Assembly (NCBI RefSeq): GCF_006345805.1
Contig: NW_021834186.1
Location: 1-58,647 of the forward strand
Reading direction: 5' to 3'
From: Octopus sinensis
Taxonomy: Eukaryota
Length of the DNA stretch: 58,647 bases
A program made the translations under genes and the position numbers. Under the pieces are notes generated by a model. It was given only the letters and a program-made list of their open reading frames with translations, had not been told where the DNA came from and did no database searches. Numbering within the stretch: the stretch's first letter is position 1; every line of letters begins with the position of its first letter. Shown one piece after another: positions 13,001 through 25,722 of the stretch.

Positions 13001-14194
13001 AAAAAACCTTTAATGAATTTTATAAGGCTATTTCGCTTGGAGCAGTTCTACATAGCAATGATGGCAAAACAAGGGGGAAAAATTTAATTCAGACGTAATT
13101 AATATTGCCAGCTTAATAGAAATGAGAGATATGTTGATTTAGTCGTCTGAGAAATTGAGGAATTATTTGCAGAAGAGAAAGAGTTGAATGAAGATTTAGT
13201 TGGTATGATCATCAGTAATTCCAAATGATAAAAGCACATAAAAAAAGCCCCCCAGAAAACAAAGAACGAGAGACTGATGTCAATGAAGCAGCGTCATTTA
13301 TTATCGCAAAAAATTGTATAAAAGACGGATTTACAAACGTAAAGTAATTTTTAAGTATATTTTATTAAGAGTGATCTTAATACGGAGTGTAGTTTGAACT
13401 TTCAAAGAAAAATAAATAAAATAAGACACTCTAGAGCGGCTAGCGAAAACTTTAAAACAGATTTGCAAAAATTTACGAAGCTTGGAATTATAGATTTTAT
13501 AAAACGATCAGCCATATTGAACAAACAGTAAGAAGGAGGGGTGTAGGAGGGGGGGACAAGCAGCAGCAGCAGCAGAACAAGAAAAAAAATTATGAGGATA
13601 AATAAGGTGGAAAAGAAAGCTAGCAAGCAAGAAATAGTAACCATGTATAAAAATTGCCAGGGAGACGAGTACCAATATCCCATGAGGTATGTTTGAACAA
13701 TTGCGAAGAATCTTTTTACATGAAACCATTGGTAGCCTTGCTAATCCATAAATAAAGTATCTATCAATCTACACACAAACACATACACACAAGCATACGT
13801 ATATATCTGTATCTGTATGTATAAATAGTATTTACGTCATCGGACTACGTTATACTGGGTCAGCGCTTTCAAAGCTTTTAGTCAAACATTTTAATATCCA
13901 TCTTTTAGTCCAGTACTTATTTTATCGAAATCTATTTGTCGAACCTGTATATTACAGGGGTTTACAAATGACACGATAACAACGTTTCTTTTGTCCAGTC
14001 TAAACATAAACACGGTACATACACACACGCGGACATACATGCATACATACATGTAGGTACATAAATGTGTGTGTATACACATGCTTATATACGTATATAT
14101 GCAAATTTAAATATGCATGCATACACAAACACAGTACAGTTATTTTAATCACTGCTTAAATTTTGCTAGTGTGTGTATATGTGTGTGAGTGTGT

Positions 14195-14247
<53 letters not shown>

Positions 14248-14387
14248 CTGACACATTGATAGATGGATGGATAGATAAATAAATAGATAGACATATATAT
14301 CATATATGTATATACATAATGTATATGCATGCGTATATATATAATGTGTATATACACACATATACGTATATATGTATGTATATATAC

Positions 14388-14420
<33 letters not shown>

Positions 14421-14638
14421 TGTATGTATGTATGTATGTATGTCTAATGTGAGTATGTCTAAAGAGATTAATATAATAAAAAGAGAGATTGAGAAATATA
14501 TATATATACCCTAGACACGTATATATATATACATACATTGGCTTTCTTATATATATATATATATATAGAAGCAAATATGGGGATAAGCAAATTAGGTAAA
14601 TATATGTAATATAGTAAAATAACATAGAATATAAACTA

Positions 14639-14960
14639 GGCGCAGGCGTGGCTGTGTGGTATGAAGCTTATGTACCAACCGCATGGTTCCGAGTTCAGTC
14701 CCACTGCGTGGCATCTTGGGCAAGTGTCTTCTATTATAACCTCGGCCTGACCAAAGCCTTGTGAGTAGATTTGGCAGACGGAAACTGAAAGAAGACCGTC
14801 ATATGTGTGTGTGTGTGTGTGTGTGTATTTGTGTTTGTGTGTTTGTCCGCCCCCCCCCCCGCCCACCATCGCTTGACAACCAATGTTGAAGTGCTTACGT
14901 CCCCGTAACTTAGCGGTTCGGCAAAAGAGAGCCCGATAGAATAAATACTTGGCTTACAAA
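14639..14960 (+). mobile_element. SINE family A, 3'-truncated
   Basis: Starts ggcgcaggcgtggctgtgtgg; family A body. Confidence 0.92.
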
Positions 14961-14972
14961 CATTTATATATA

Positions 14973-15203
14973 TTCTTTTATTTGTTTCAGTCATTTGACT
15001 GCGGCCATACTGGAGCACCGCCTCTAGTCAAGTAAATCGAGCCCGGAACTTGTTCTTTGTCAGCCTTGTACTTATTCTATCGGTTCTCTTTTGCCGAGCC
15101 GCTAAGTTACGGGAATGTAAACGCACCAGCATCGGTTGTCAAGCGATGTTGGGCGGACAAACACAGACACAAAATATATACACGCACATACATATTAATA
15201 TAA

Positions 15204-15262
<59 letters not shown>

Positions 15263-15276
15263 TATATATATATAAT

Positions 15277-15348
<72 letters not shown>

Positions 15349-15510
15349 GATGGACTTTTTTCAGTTTCCGTCTACCAGATCTACTCACAAGGCTTTGGTT
15401 GGTCTGAGGCTATAGTAGAAGATATCTGCCGAAGGTGCCAGGCAGTAAGACCGACCCCAGAACCATGTGGTTGGTAAGCAAGCTACTTACCACACAACCA
15501 CGCCTGCGCC
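14973..15510 (-). mobile_element. SINE family A, full length with expanded (TA)n
   Basis: Reverse complement of family A from tail (tttgtttcagtcatttgac) to head (ccacgcctgcgcc). Confidence 0.92.
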
Positions 15511-16087
15511 TGCATTCTTCTTCTCACACAGCACACAGAAGCAGGCATGAAAGTGCATTCGCTTATTCATGCATATTTTTGCATAACTTCGTTCGGAGAC
15601 ATCTCACAAATATGCGCCTACCTCTGTTTGTGTGTGTGTGTGTGTATGTGCATGCGCGCGCGCGCGCGTGTGTGTGTCTGTGTGCGCGCGTATCCGTGTG
15701 CGTACGTGCATGATGTGTGCACGTGCGTATGACGTAATGTGTATTTTTGCTTCGATGATACATGGTGCAACGCAAACGTTTAGTCTGTTTAATTACATGA
15801 CTCACGTGTGGTGACGGGGGAAATATCTGACAACAACGACAGCAACAACAACAACAACAACAATAGCAACGACAACAGCAACACTGGAACATGATCACAC
15901 ACACACACACATCCCCATCCACATGTGCATACAAACACATGCAAAGGTTGGGGGGAAAAAAGAGGCGGAACTGTGAAAAATCCTATTGAAATTTCCACAT
16001 TGCGATTTCGATTAGACAAGTCAAAAATGTTTGCGTATCAATGGAATCATGTTTTTCACGTCTGTCTCACCTATTTGGGACTGAATG

Positions 16088-16890
16088 CCAACCACGACCA
16101 CCACCACCGCCGCCGCCACCGCCGCCACCGCCGCCACCGCCGCCACCACAACCACCACCACCACCACCATCACCGTCGTCCCTGTCGATGACGGCGACGG
16201 CGGCGACGCGACTCGTTCATATCCCTCGCATCTTTACCATCTTCACCATCGTCTCCAGCGCAATCTTTAATAATAACACCATCGCCACCCACATAACCTC
16301 CACTATCACCATCCTCGCCCATCGCTCCAGAATTTCGATCCATTATGATCTTCACCATCTCCAAAACCACTCCCCACCCCAAAACCTCTGCCATCATCTT
16401 CACCTCACAGCCACCCACCCCTAACCCAACTGCCACTCAAACAGAAACCTCCACTTCTACCCGTACTGTTACCATTTCCAGTGGTACGTCCAACACCACG
16501 CATACCATTGCCATGATCTTAATTATACACGCGCGCGCGCGGTGCAACTCATTCCTCATCTATGTGCACATCATTCCACTACCACCGCCACCACCACCAC
16601 CACTACCACCACCACCACCACCACCACCACCACCACCACCACCACCATCACCACCACCTAACTCATCACTATCTTCTGGGGTTCCGCCGCCACCACCATC
16701 AACACCACCATCGTCGCCACTATTACACTACAGCCTGTACCATAATACCACAATTACCACGATCTTCTTCTCTAACCGTAACACCCAGTTATTCGCTCCA
16801 CTAGCACCACCACTCCCAACCACATCACTACCACCACGAGTTTCACCATCACCACCGCCACTACCACAATCATCATCACCACCATTGCTA
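16088..16890. repeat. Cryptically simple ACC/GCC-rich repeat
   Basis: Decayed trinucleotide repeat; source of poly-P/T/H ORFs. Confidence 0.85.
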
Positions 16891-16905
16891 TACTTACTAT
16901 ACTCG

Positions 16906-17341
16906 TTTCGACTCTAGGCACGAGGCCCGAAATTTTGGGGGAGGGGGCCAGTCGATTATATTGACACCAGTTCCTAACTGATACTTATTTAATCGACCCC
17001 GAAAGGATGAAGGGCAAAGTTGACCTCGGTGGAATTTGAACTCAGAACGTAACGACGGGTGAAATACCGCTAAGCATTTCGTCTCATGCACTAACGATTC
17101 TGCCAGCTTGCCGCCTGGATCCAACTCAAATATTCTTTTCTACTCTAGACACAAGGCCCGAAATTTGGGGGAAGGGGGTCAGTCGATTAGATTGACCCCA
17201 GTAAGTAACGGATACTTAATTTATCGATCCCTGAAAGGCAAAATCGACCTCGGCGGAATTTGAACTCAGAACGTAACGGCGGGTAAAATATCGTTAAGCA
17301 TTTCGTCTGGCACGGTAACGATTCTGCCAGTTCGCCACCTT
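16906..17341 (-). mobile_element. Two tandem SINE family B copies
   Basis: 16906-17116 and 17133-17341, each followed by a similar gatccaa(c/t)tcaaatat flank. Confidence 0.9.
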
Positions 17342-17574
17342 GATCCAATTCAAATATCAACACCACCATCGTAATCTTTATCCCCACCACCACCAGCACC
17401 ACCACCAGCACCACTCATTTACAGCCGAGTAGAATGGACCAACTTGAAATGGAGTGCACTGTATAAGGCACTTCATTCAACGTGCTGCTCGGTTCGAGAA
17501 TGGAACTGACCTTATAATCATGAAATGAATACCTCTAGCCACTGGGCCACAGTGATATTATTTTTTTTTTCTAA

Positions 17575-17778
17575 TTTTGGCACAAGGCCAGCAATTTTCT
17601 AGTTTTGGCACAAGGCCAGCAGTTGGTTGAGCGTAAGTCGATTATATCGATTACTAGTACTTGAATGGACGAAAGGCAAAGTTGACGTCGGTAGAATTTG
17701 AACTCACAAGGTAAGGAGCCGAAAGAAGTCACTGGCTCTAGACATTTTGTTTAATGCGCTAACGATCTACCAGTTCGC
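17575..17778 (-). mobile_element. Degraded SINE family B
   Basis: cacaaggccagc...gaaaggcaaagttgacgtcggtagaatttgaactc. Confidence 0.75.
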
Positions 17779-20470
17779 TTAATTCCCTCATCGAAATCAT
17801 TACAAGAACAATTAAATATATCACATGTCACCAGTCACGTGACTAATTGCACGCGCTGTTATCAGATCTCAGATAGACTTCACAGCTAAAATATTCCTTA
17901 AAAAAGGAAAGAAAAAAAAATTTAATCAGATTTATTTAATTTCGTGACACATTTAGAGATTATCAGCGACACAATCCTAATGTGTCGCGGCGGCACATTG
18001 TTTGGAAAGCTCTGATTTCAGAAATGACTTGGAAAATACTGGGATTTTCTGGCAAAGAAGTTATCTCCTTCCCTCTCCTCACCCCCATTTTCTCTCTGCT
18101 CCATTCTCTTTCCTTCACTTCTTTCGCTCCTTGTCCCGCTTTCTCTTCTTCCCACTCTCTTTCCCCCACCCACTTGCTCTACCTCCCCCACTGTCTCTCC
18201 GTCCCCTTTTCCCTTCACATCTCTCTTTCTCTCTCTCCCGTCTGGATATGTGTGTGTGTGTGTGTGTGTCCGTGTGCCTTTCTCTAAAGAAACAAGAAAT
18301 GATGAAATCGTAAATAAAAGGTGGGCTTTTGATCACATAATGTGTGGGACTGTGGTGTAAAAGTGAATAAGCACACCACCGCCGCCGCAGCCTCCGCCAC
18401 CACCACCACCACCAATATTACCACTACTACTTTATTAGCTCCGCCACCGCCGCCACCATCAACACAGCAACCAACGCCACACTCAACACAGCCACCACCG
18501 CCACCCTCAACACAACCACAATCACCAACGCCACCATCGTCACCGCCATCACAACCACACCCCACCATCCCAATCATCATCTTCTCCCCCATCACTACCA
18601 CCATACCGTCGCCACAACCACCACTGCAGCTAACATCAGCCACGCCATAATCACACTACCACCATCACGACTTTCACCACTGCTACAGCTACTAAAAACA
18701 ACCATCGTAGCCAACATTACCACCACCACCACCGCCGCCGCCGCCGCCACCACCATCACCACTACCATCATTACTAACATCAATACTACCACTGACACCA
18801 CCATCCCCAACACCATCACCATCACCACAACAACCACCATCAGCACTGCTACTACAACCATCACTATTAGCTTCACGACCACCTACTACACCATCACCAC
18901 AACTACCACCACTACCACCACCACTAAGTTACTCACAACTATTGTTATAAGTACAACTACCACCATCACCACAGCTAACTCTACAAGTACCACGTAGTGT
19001 ACAACTACTACCAATACTATAGCCACCACAAGTGTTAGCTTTACTACCACCATCACTACCACAGTCACCACCAAAACTTTTACCGACATCAGTAACTTTA
19101 CAACATTCTCTGACACTACACCCACCCTCACCCCACCCCCACAATCCCACGACACAACAACTACCCTCACCACAACCCTCAGCCCTATACACACACATAC
19201 CCACACCACCTCGCTCCATAAATACAACTATAAACAGAAGCAACACACAGTCACGGATATATACAGACAGACACGCCCTCTATCCTCACCACCATGGCCA
19301 CAATATATTCACTAAACCTCAATCAAAAGATCCACCACCCTCGCCCACCACCGACTAATCTACACCCCCTCCTCTCCTCTATCAAGCATCATCGATTTCA
19401 ATCTACATTGCAGCGACATCAGTGAGACATTCCAACAGTTGTTACTTTGCTGCAGCATCAACAGGCATCAAAGCGTCTCGTAGCCCCGACCCCATATAAT
19501 TGATGAGGGATGAGTGGGGCCCACGTCCTTTGTGTATCTCTTCCTGTTTTCCTAATGTTCCTTCATCATCTTCATACTGTGACACCTTTTACAATTAACA
19601 ATAATAAAATCTACTATTAACAACAAAGAGATTTATTATTATTATCTGATATTATTATCAACTGATACTTGTTCTATCGATCCCGAAAGAATGAAGTGCG
19701 TGTATGTATATACAGATACAATACCAATATTCACAGAACTTTTTAATAATTCCTTCTGGAAACTATCTTTAACATTTTCTTGAGAATGTATATATATGTT
19801 GTAATCTTTTGTGCCCAATATTTTAATGAACTTGTTAAACTTTTTTATGTTCTTAACATGTTCTTGTAACCAAAGAATGTATATATGTATTGTAGCATTT
19901 TGTGACAACCAATAATTAATAAAACCAAACTGTTACATGTTACTTTTGACCATCTTTTTCTAAAAGGTAAAGTAAATAAACATCTTTTAAAATCGCATTT
20001 TCAAACCTTCTTTCATAATAGTTAAGCAATATATTACTGATTATGGCATAAGACTAACCAGAAAGTCTGAATGCTATTAGACAAGACTGACAATCCGTCA
20101 GGCATGCTGGTGGGAAGAGCACGACCACTTTAGCACTGGAGGTACATAGACTCTTATTGGTTCGATGATGGCAGAAGAATAGAACGAAATTTGGTGTAAA
20201 ATACTATTGGGAAGAAAGGAAACGTTATTTCCCATGGATTGGTGTTTGCCAGGTGTGAATTGTGTTTGCTGTACTTGTAACGTTCTCCAGTTATAAAACG
20301 GATATGACCACGTTACTAATACAAACTTGTGCTCTTGAGCGCAACGTCCCATTATCTCACTATATCGAGTTCAGAAAAGTGATGGATCATATGAATTTTT
20401 AATGATTCCCTTTAGCACAAAGGATATAATAACATTAAACCGATCGAATGATTCAAATCTACCATCCACT

Positions 20471-20522
<52 letters not shown>

Positions 20523-20596
20523 CATTATCATCATCATCATCATCATCATCATCATCGTTATCATCATCATCATTATTATTATCATTATGATTATTA

Positions 20597-20790
20597 TTAC
20601 CTCTGCCTTAGTGAAGACAGGGGTATTGTTTTTAGTTGTATTTGTTTGTTTGTTTGCCCATGGACAAGATATCTCAAGAACCGCCAGATGGATTCGATTG
20701 AAACTTTCAGGAATGTTTGGTCTGGTGACTGGCATGAACTGATTAGATTTGGGGATTGATCCAGTACCGGACAAGGATTATGGATTATTT
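20597..20790 (+). mobile_element. 5' part of Helentron-associated (HINE/DINE-1-like) element; second copy 24797-24992, 5'-truncated copy 32355-32510
   Basis: 5' subterminal repeat acctctgcc with nearby inverted copy gacaggggt, (gttt)n microsatellite, atgaaactttcagg body; matching 3' end at 39888-40083. Confidence 0.7.
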
Positions 20791-21169
20791 GTTATATTTA
20801 CTTTACATGAAGTATTACGGTCTTACGTTAACTTTCAGGTCTTTCTCTGATTATCTCCTTTGAAAGCACGCTCATGATTTCCACGTAAGTTATGGCGGCG
20901 TTGCTGTTTCCAAAGTTTTATTTTCGTTTCTTTATTATTAATTTTAGTCGCGTCTCTATCTTAATAGAAACTGTTGGATAAAGAAATCAAACTGCAAAAA
21001 CAACCGGCAGCAAAACCATTCAGAAATTAAATAATACTTACATATGCAGTAACAATAACGAATTTAATTTTTCCTTGATAATTTTTAGTTTTACTAGTTT
21101 TGAATACATCACTCCTGTTTAAAACCTCTTGCCTACTTGACAATTGCATTTCTAGCTCTGCCTTGAAGG

Positions 21170-21355
21170 AAGCATTACTTCTTGGACTGACGTTTTTTTT
21201 TTGCGCAACGATGTCGTTAAACCTCCGTTAACAGCACTGTATGCAGGTCCTTTCCGTTTTCTTTCATGCATGGATAAATTTTTCACTATAAAACTTAGTG
21301 GTTATAATGACGCTATATCAGTGGATGAACTAAAAAAAAAGGCCTTCATTGAGAA
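21170..21355 (+). mobile_element. Ty3/Gypsy integrase C-terminal fragment (GPY/F motif)
   Basis: ITSWTDV..RNDVVKPPLTALYAGPFRFLSCMDKFFTIKLSGYNDAISVDELKKAF resembles Gypsy HVFVRxDxVKxPLxxxYxGPFxVLxRxDKxFTxxxNGxxDxVSxDRLKxA; frameshifted. Confidence 0.82.
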
Positions 21356-21688
21356 AACTGTCCCTCATCCCACTGCAGGCGATGCACGCAAGCATTAGAA
21401 ACACGGCCCGCACACCCACCATCATAAGCCACCACCATCAACCACCACCATCAACACAGCCACCACCGCCACCACCGCCACCATCAACACAGCAACCAAC
21501 GCCACACTCAACACAACCTTCACCACCACCCACAACACAGTCACCATCGCCACCCTCAATACAACCACAACCACCAACGCCACCATCAGCACAAACACCA
21601 CTGCCACCACCATCGTCACCGCCATCACAACCACACCCCACCATCCTCATCATCATCTACTCCCCACCACCACCACTACCACCATACC

Positions 21689-21930
21689 TATTTTTTTACT
21701 ACCTACAAGGGGCTAAACACAGAGCGGACAAACAAAGACAGACAAACGGATGTAGTCGATTATATCGACCCCAGTGGGTAACTGGTACTTAATTCATCGA
21801 CCCCAAAAGGATGAAAGGCAAAGTCGAAAGGCAAAGTCGATCTCGGCGAAATTTGAACTCAGAACGTAACGGCAGACGACATACGGCTCCGCATTTCGCC
21901 CGGCGTGCTAACGTTTCAGCCAGCTCACCG
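21689..21930 (-). mobile_element. SINE family B inserted in the ACC-rich block
   Basis: Flanked by ccatacc (21682-21688, 21931-21937); empty site at 18601-18607. Confidence 0.92.
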
Positions 21931-23052
21931 CCATACCGTTGCCACAACCACCACTGCAGCTAACATCAGCCCCGCCATAATCACACTACCATCATCACGA
22001 TCTTCACCACTGCTACAGCTACTAAAAACAGCCAGCATAGCCAACATTACCACCACCACCACCACCACCACCACCACCACCACCGTCACCGAGCCACCGT
22101 GCCAACACCACCACTAACAATACAACCACCACAGCCACCACCACTACCATTATTACTAGCACCAACACTACCACTGCCACCACAATCCCCACCACCATCA
22201 CCATCACCACAACAACCACCATCACCACAGCTAACTCTACTAGCACCACTTGGTGTACAGCTACTACCAATACTATAGCCATCACAAGTGTTAGCTTTAC
22301 TACCACCATCACTACCACAGTCACCACCAATACTTTTACCGACATCAGTAACTTTACAACATTCTTTGACACTACACCCACCCTCACCCCACCCCCACAA
22401 TCCCACGACACAACAACTACCACCACCACAACCCTCAGCCCTATACACACACATACCCACACCACCTCATTCCACAAATACAAATATAAACAGAAGCAAC
22501 ACACAGTCACGGATATATACAGACAGACACGCCCTCCATCTTCACCACCATGGCCACAATATATTCACTAAACCTCAATCAAAAGATCCACCACCCTCGC
22601 CCACCACCGACTAATCTACACCCCCTCCTCTCCTCTATCAAGCATCATCGATTTCAATCTACATTGCAGCGACATCAGTGAGACATTCCAACAGTTGTTA
22701 CTTTGCTGCAGCATCAACAGGCATCAAAGCGTCTCGTAGCCCCGACCCCATATAATTGATGAGGGATGAGTGGGGCCCACGTCCTTTGTGTATCTCTTCC
22801 TGTTTTCCTAATGTTCCTTCATCATCTTCATACTGTGACACCTTTTACAATTAACAATAATAAAATCTACTATTAACAACAAAGAGATTTATTATTATTA
22901 ACTGATATATCAACTGATACTTGTTCTATCGATCCCGAAAGAATGAAGTGCGTGTATGTATATACACATACAATACCAATTATTCCACAGAACTTTTTAA
23001 TAATTCCTTCTGGAAACTATCTTTAACATTTTCTTGAGAATGTACATACATA

Positions 23053-23464
23053 GGTGCATGAGTGGCTGTGTGGTAAGTAGCTTGCTAACCAGCCACATGG
23101 TTCCGGGTTCAGTCCCACTGCGTGGCACCTTGGGCAAGTGTCTTTTGCTATAGCCCCGGGCCGACCAATGCCTTGTGAGTGGATTTGGTAGACAGAAACT
23201 GAAAGAAGCCTGTCGTATATATATATGTATATATATATATGTGTGTGTGTATGTCTGTGTTTGTCCCCCTAGTATTGCTTGATAACCGATGCTGGTGTGT
23301 TTACGTCCCCGTCACTTAGCGGTTTGGCAAAAGAGACCGATAGAATAAGTACTGGGCTTACAAAGAATAAGTCCCGGGGTCGATTTGCTCGACTAAAGGC
23401 GGTGCCCCAGCATGGCCGCAGTCAAATGACTGAAACAAGTAAAAGAATAAAAAAAAGAAAAGAA
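23053..23464 (+). mobile_element. SINE family A, full length
   Basis: Complete head, body and tail; absent from the paralogous units. Confidence 0.94.
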
Positions 23465-23571
23465 TATGTTGTAATGTTTTGTGCCCAATATTTTAATGAA
23501 CTTGTTAAACTTTTTATGTTCTTAACATGTTCTTGTTACCAAATAATGTATATATGTATTGTAGTATTTTG

Positions 23572-23899
23572 TTGGGAGGCAGTTGCCGGCAACCGTGGAG
23601 AATGGCGACGTACAGTAAAAGAGGGAATACAAAAGAGTGACAGAGAGAGAGAGGAGAAATGGAAAGAAAGGAAGCGACGTAAACAAGAGACTATGGCACT
23701 ACAACCAGCCAGGAACAGTCTTCGCTACATTTGCGGTACCTGCCAGAGGGAGTGTTTGTCCAGGATAGGACTACACAGCCACAGCAGGAAATGTATCAGG
23801 ACATGAAATATAAAAGCCGGACTAGACTATAAAAAAATAATTAAAAAATGCGCAACTCCGTTGTCTCCCGAGACAGAAAGGATGCCAATACCAATACCA
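23572..23899 (+). mobile_element. 5'-truncated RTE-clade LINE (ORF2 C-terminal zinc finger plus 3'UTR)
   Basis: WEAVAGNRGEWRRTVKEG...YICGTCQRECLSRIGLHSHSRKC*; 3' end gtctcccgagacagaaaggatgcc(aatacc)n; ATTTTG direct repeat at 23566-23571 and 23900-23905. Confidence 0.9.
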
Positions 23900-24671
23900 A
23901 TTTTGTGACAACCAATATTCTGTGCGTGTATATATATACAGATACAATACCAATATTCACAGAACTTTTTAATAATTCCTTCTGGAAACTATCTTTAACA
24001 TTTTCTTGAGAATGTATATATATGTTGTAATCTTTTGTGCCCAATATTTTTATGAACTTGTTAAACTTTTTTATGTTCTTAACATGTTCTTGTAACCAAA
24101 GAATGTATATATGTATTGTAGCATTTTGTGACAACCAATAATTAATAAAACCAAACTGTTACATGTTACTTTTGACAATCTTTTTCTAAAAAGTGAAGCA
24201 GGTAAAGTAAATAAACATCTTTTAAAATTGCATTTTCAAACCTTCTTTCATATATATATGTATAGTCAAGCAATATATTACTGATTATGGCATAAGACTA
24301 ACCAGAAAGTCTGAATGCTATTAGACAAGACTGACAATCCGTCAGGCATGCTGGTGGGAAGAGCATGACCTCTTTAGCACTGGAGGTACATAGACTCTAT
24401 TGGTTCGATGATGGCAGAAGAATAGAACGAAATTTGGTGTAAAATACTATTGGGCAGAAAGGAAACGTTATTTCCCATGGATTGGTGTTTGCCAGGTGTG
24501 AATTCTGTTTGCTGTACTTGTATCGTGTGCTCTTGAGCGCAACGTCCGATTAACTCACTTTATCGAGTTCAGAAAAGTACCGGATCATATGAATTTTTAA
24601 TGATTCCCTTTAGCACAAAGCATATCATATCATTAAACCGATCGAATGATTCAAATCTACCATCCACTGTA

Positions 24672-24734
<63 letters not shown>

Positions 24735-25374
24735 GATCATTATCATCATCATCATCGTTATCATCATCGTCATTATTATTATCATTATGATTATTATTAC
24801 CTCTGCCTTAGTGAAGACAGGGGTATTGTTTTTAGTCGTATTTGTTTGTTTGTTTCTTTGCCCATGGACAAGATATCTCAAGAACCGCCTGATGGATTCG
24901 AATGAAACTTTCAGGAATGCTTGGTCTTGTGACTGGCATGAACTGATTAGATTTGGGGATTGATCCAGTACCGGACAAGGATTATGGATTATTTGATATA
25001 TTTACTTTACATGAAGTATTACGGTCTTACGTTAACTTTCAGGTCTTTCTCTGATTATCTCCTTTGAAAGCACGCTCATGATTTCCACGTAAGTTATGGC
25101 GGCGTTGCTGTTTCCAAAGTTTTATTTTCGTTTCTTTATTATTAATTTTAGTCGCGTCTCTATCTTAATAGAAACTGTTGGATAAAGAAATCAAACTGCA
25201 AAAACAACCGGCAGCAAAACCATTCAGAAATTAATAATACTTTAATATGCAGTAACAATAACGAATTTAATTTTTCCTTGATAATTTTTAGTTTTACTAG
25301 TTTTGAATATATCACTCCTGTTTAAAACCTCTTGCCTACTTGACAATTACATTTCTAGCTCTGCCTTGAAGGAA

Positions 25375-25555
25375 GCATTACTTCTTGGACTGACGTTTTT
25401 TTTTTTGCGCAACGATGTCGTTAAACCTCCGTTAACAGCACCGTATGCAGGTCCTTTCCGTTTTCTTTCATGCATGGATAAATTTTTCACTATAAAACTT
25501 AGTGGTCATAATGAGGCTATATCAGTGGATGAACTAAAAAAGTCTTCATTGAGAA
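25375..25555 (+). mobile_element. Ty3/Gypsy integrase fragment, unit 2 copy
   Basis: LRNDVVKPPLTAPYAGPFRFLSCMDKFFTIKLSGHNEAISVDELKK within ORF 25303-25896. Confidence 0.82.
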
Positions 25556-25722
25556 AACTGTCCCTCCTCCCACTGCAGACGATGCACACACGCATTAGAA
25601 ACACGGCCCGCACGCCCACCATCATAAGCCACCACCACCATCAACACAGCCACCACCGCCACCATCAACACAGCAACCAACGCCACACTCAACACAACCT
25701 CCACCACCACCCTCAACACAGT

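Noticed and set aside
13592-13686. Short frame MRINKVEKK...YQYPM ending at a good donor ag|gtatgt
   Set aside because: Upstream in-frame stop, no credible acceptor, peptide not recognised; would need RNA-seq support.
17833-17844. 12-bp palindrome agtcacgtgact (E-box/CLEAR-like)
   Set aside because: Single short site with no nearby gene or other supporting evidence.
18690-19315. Mucin-like Thr-rich frame in the ACC block (also in the other units)
   Set aside because: In-frame stop in unit 1 and the Thr phase shifts at different positions among paralogues; consistent with a decayed (ACC)n repeat, not a constrained exon.
20185-20255. KRYFPWIG resembling the telomerase FPWCG motif
   Set aside because: Short match bounded by stops with no other RT motifs; probably chance.
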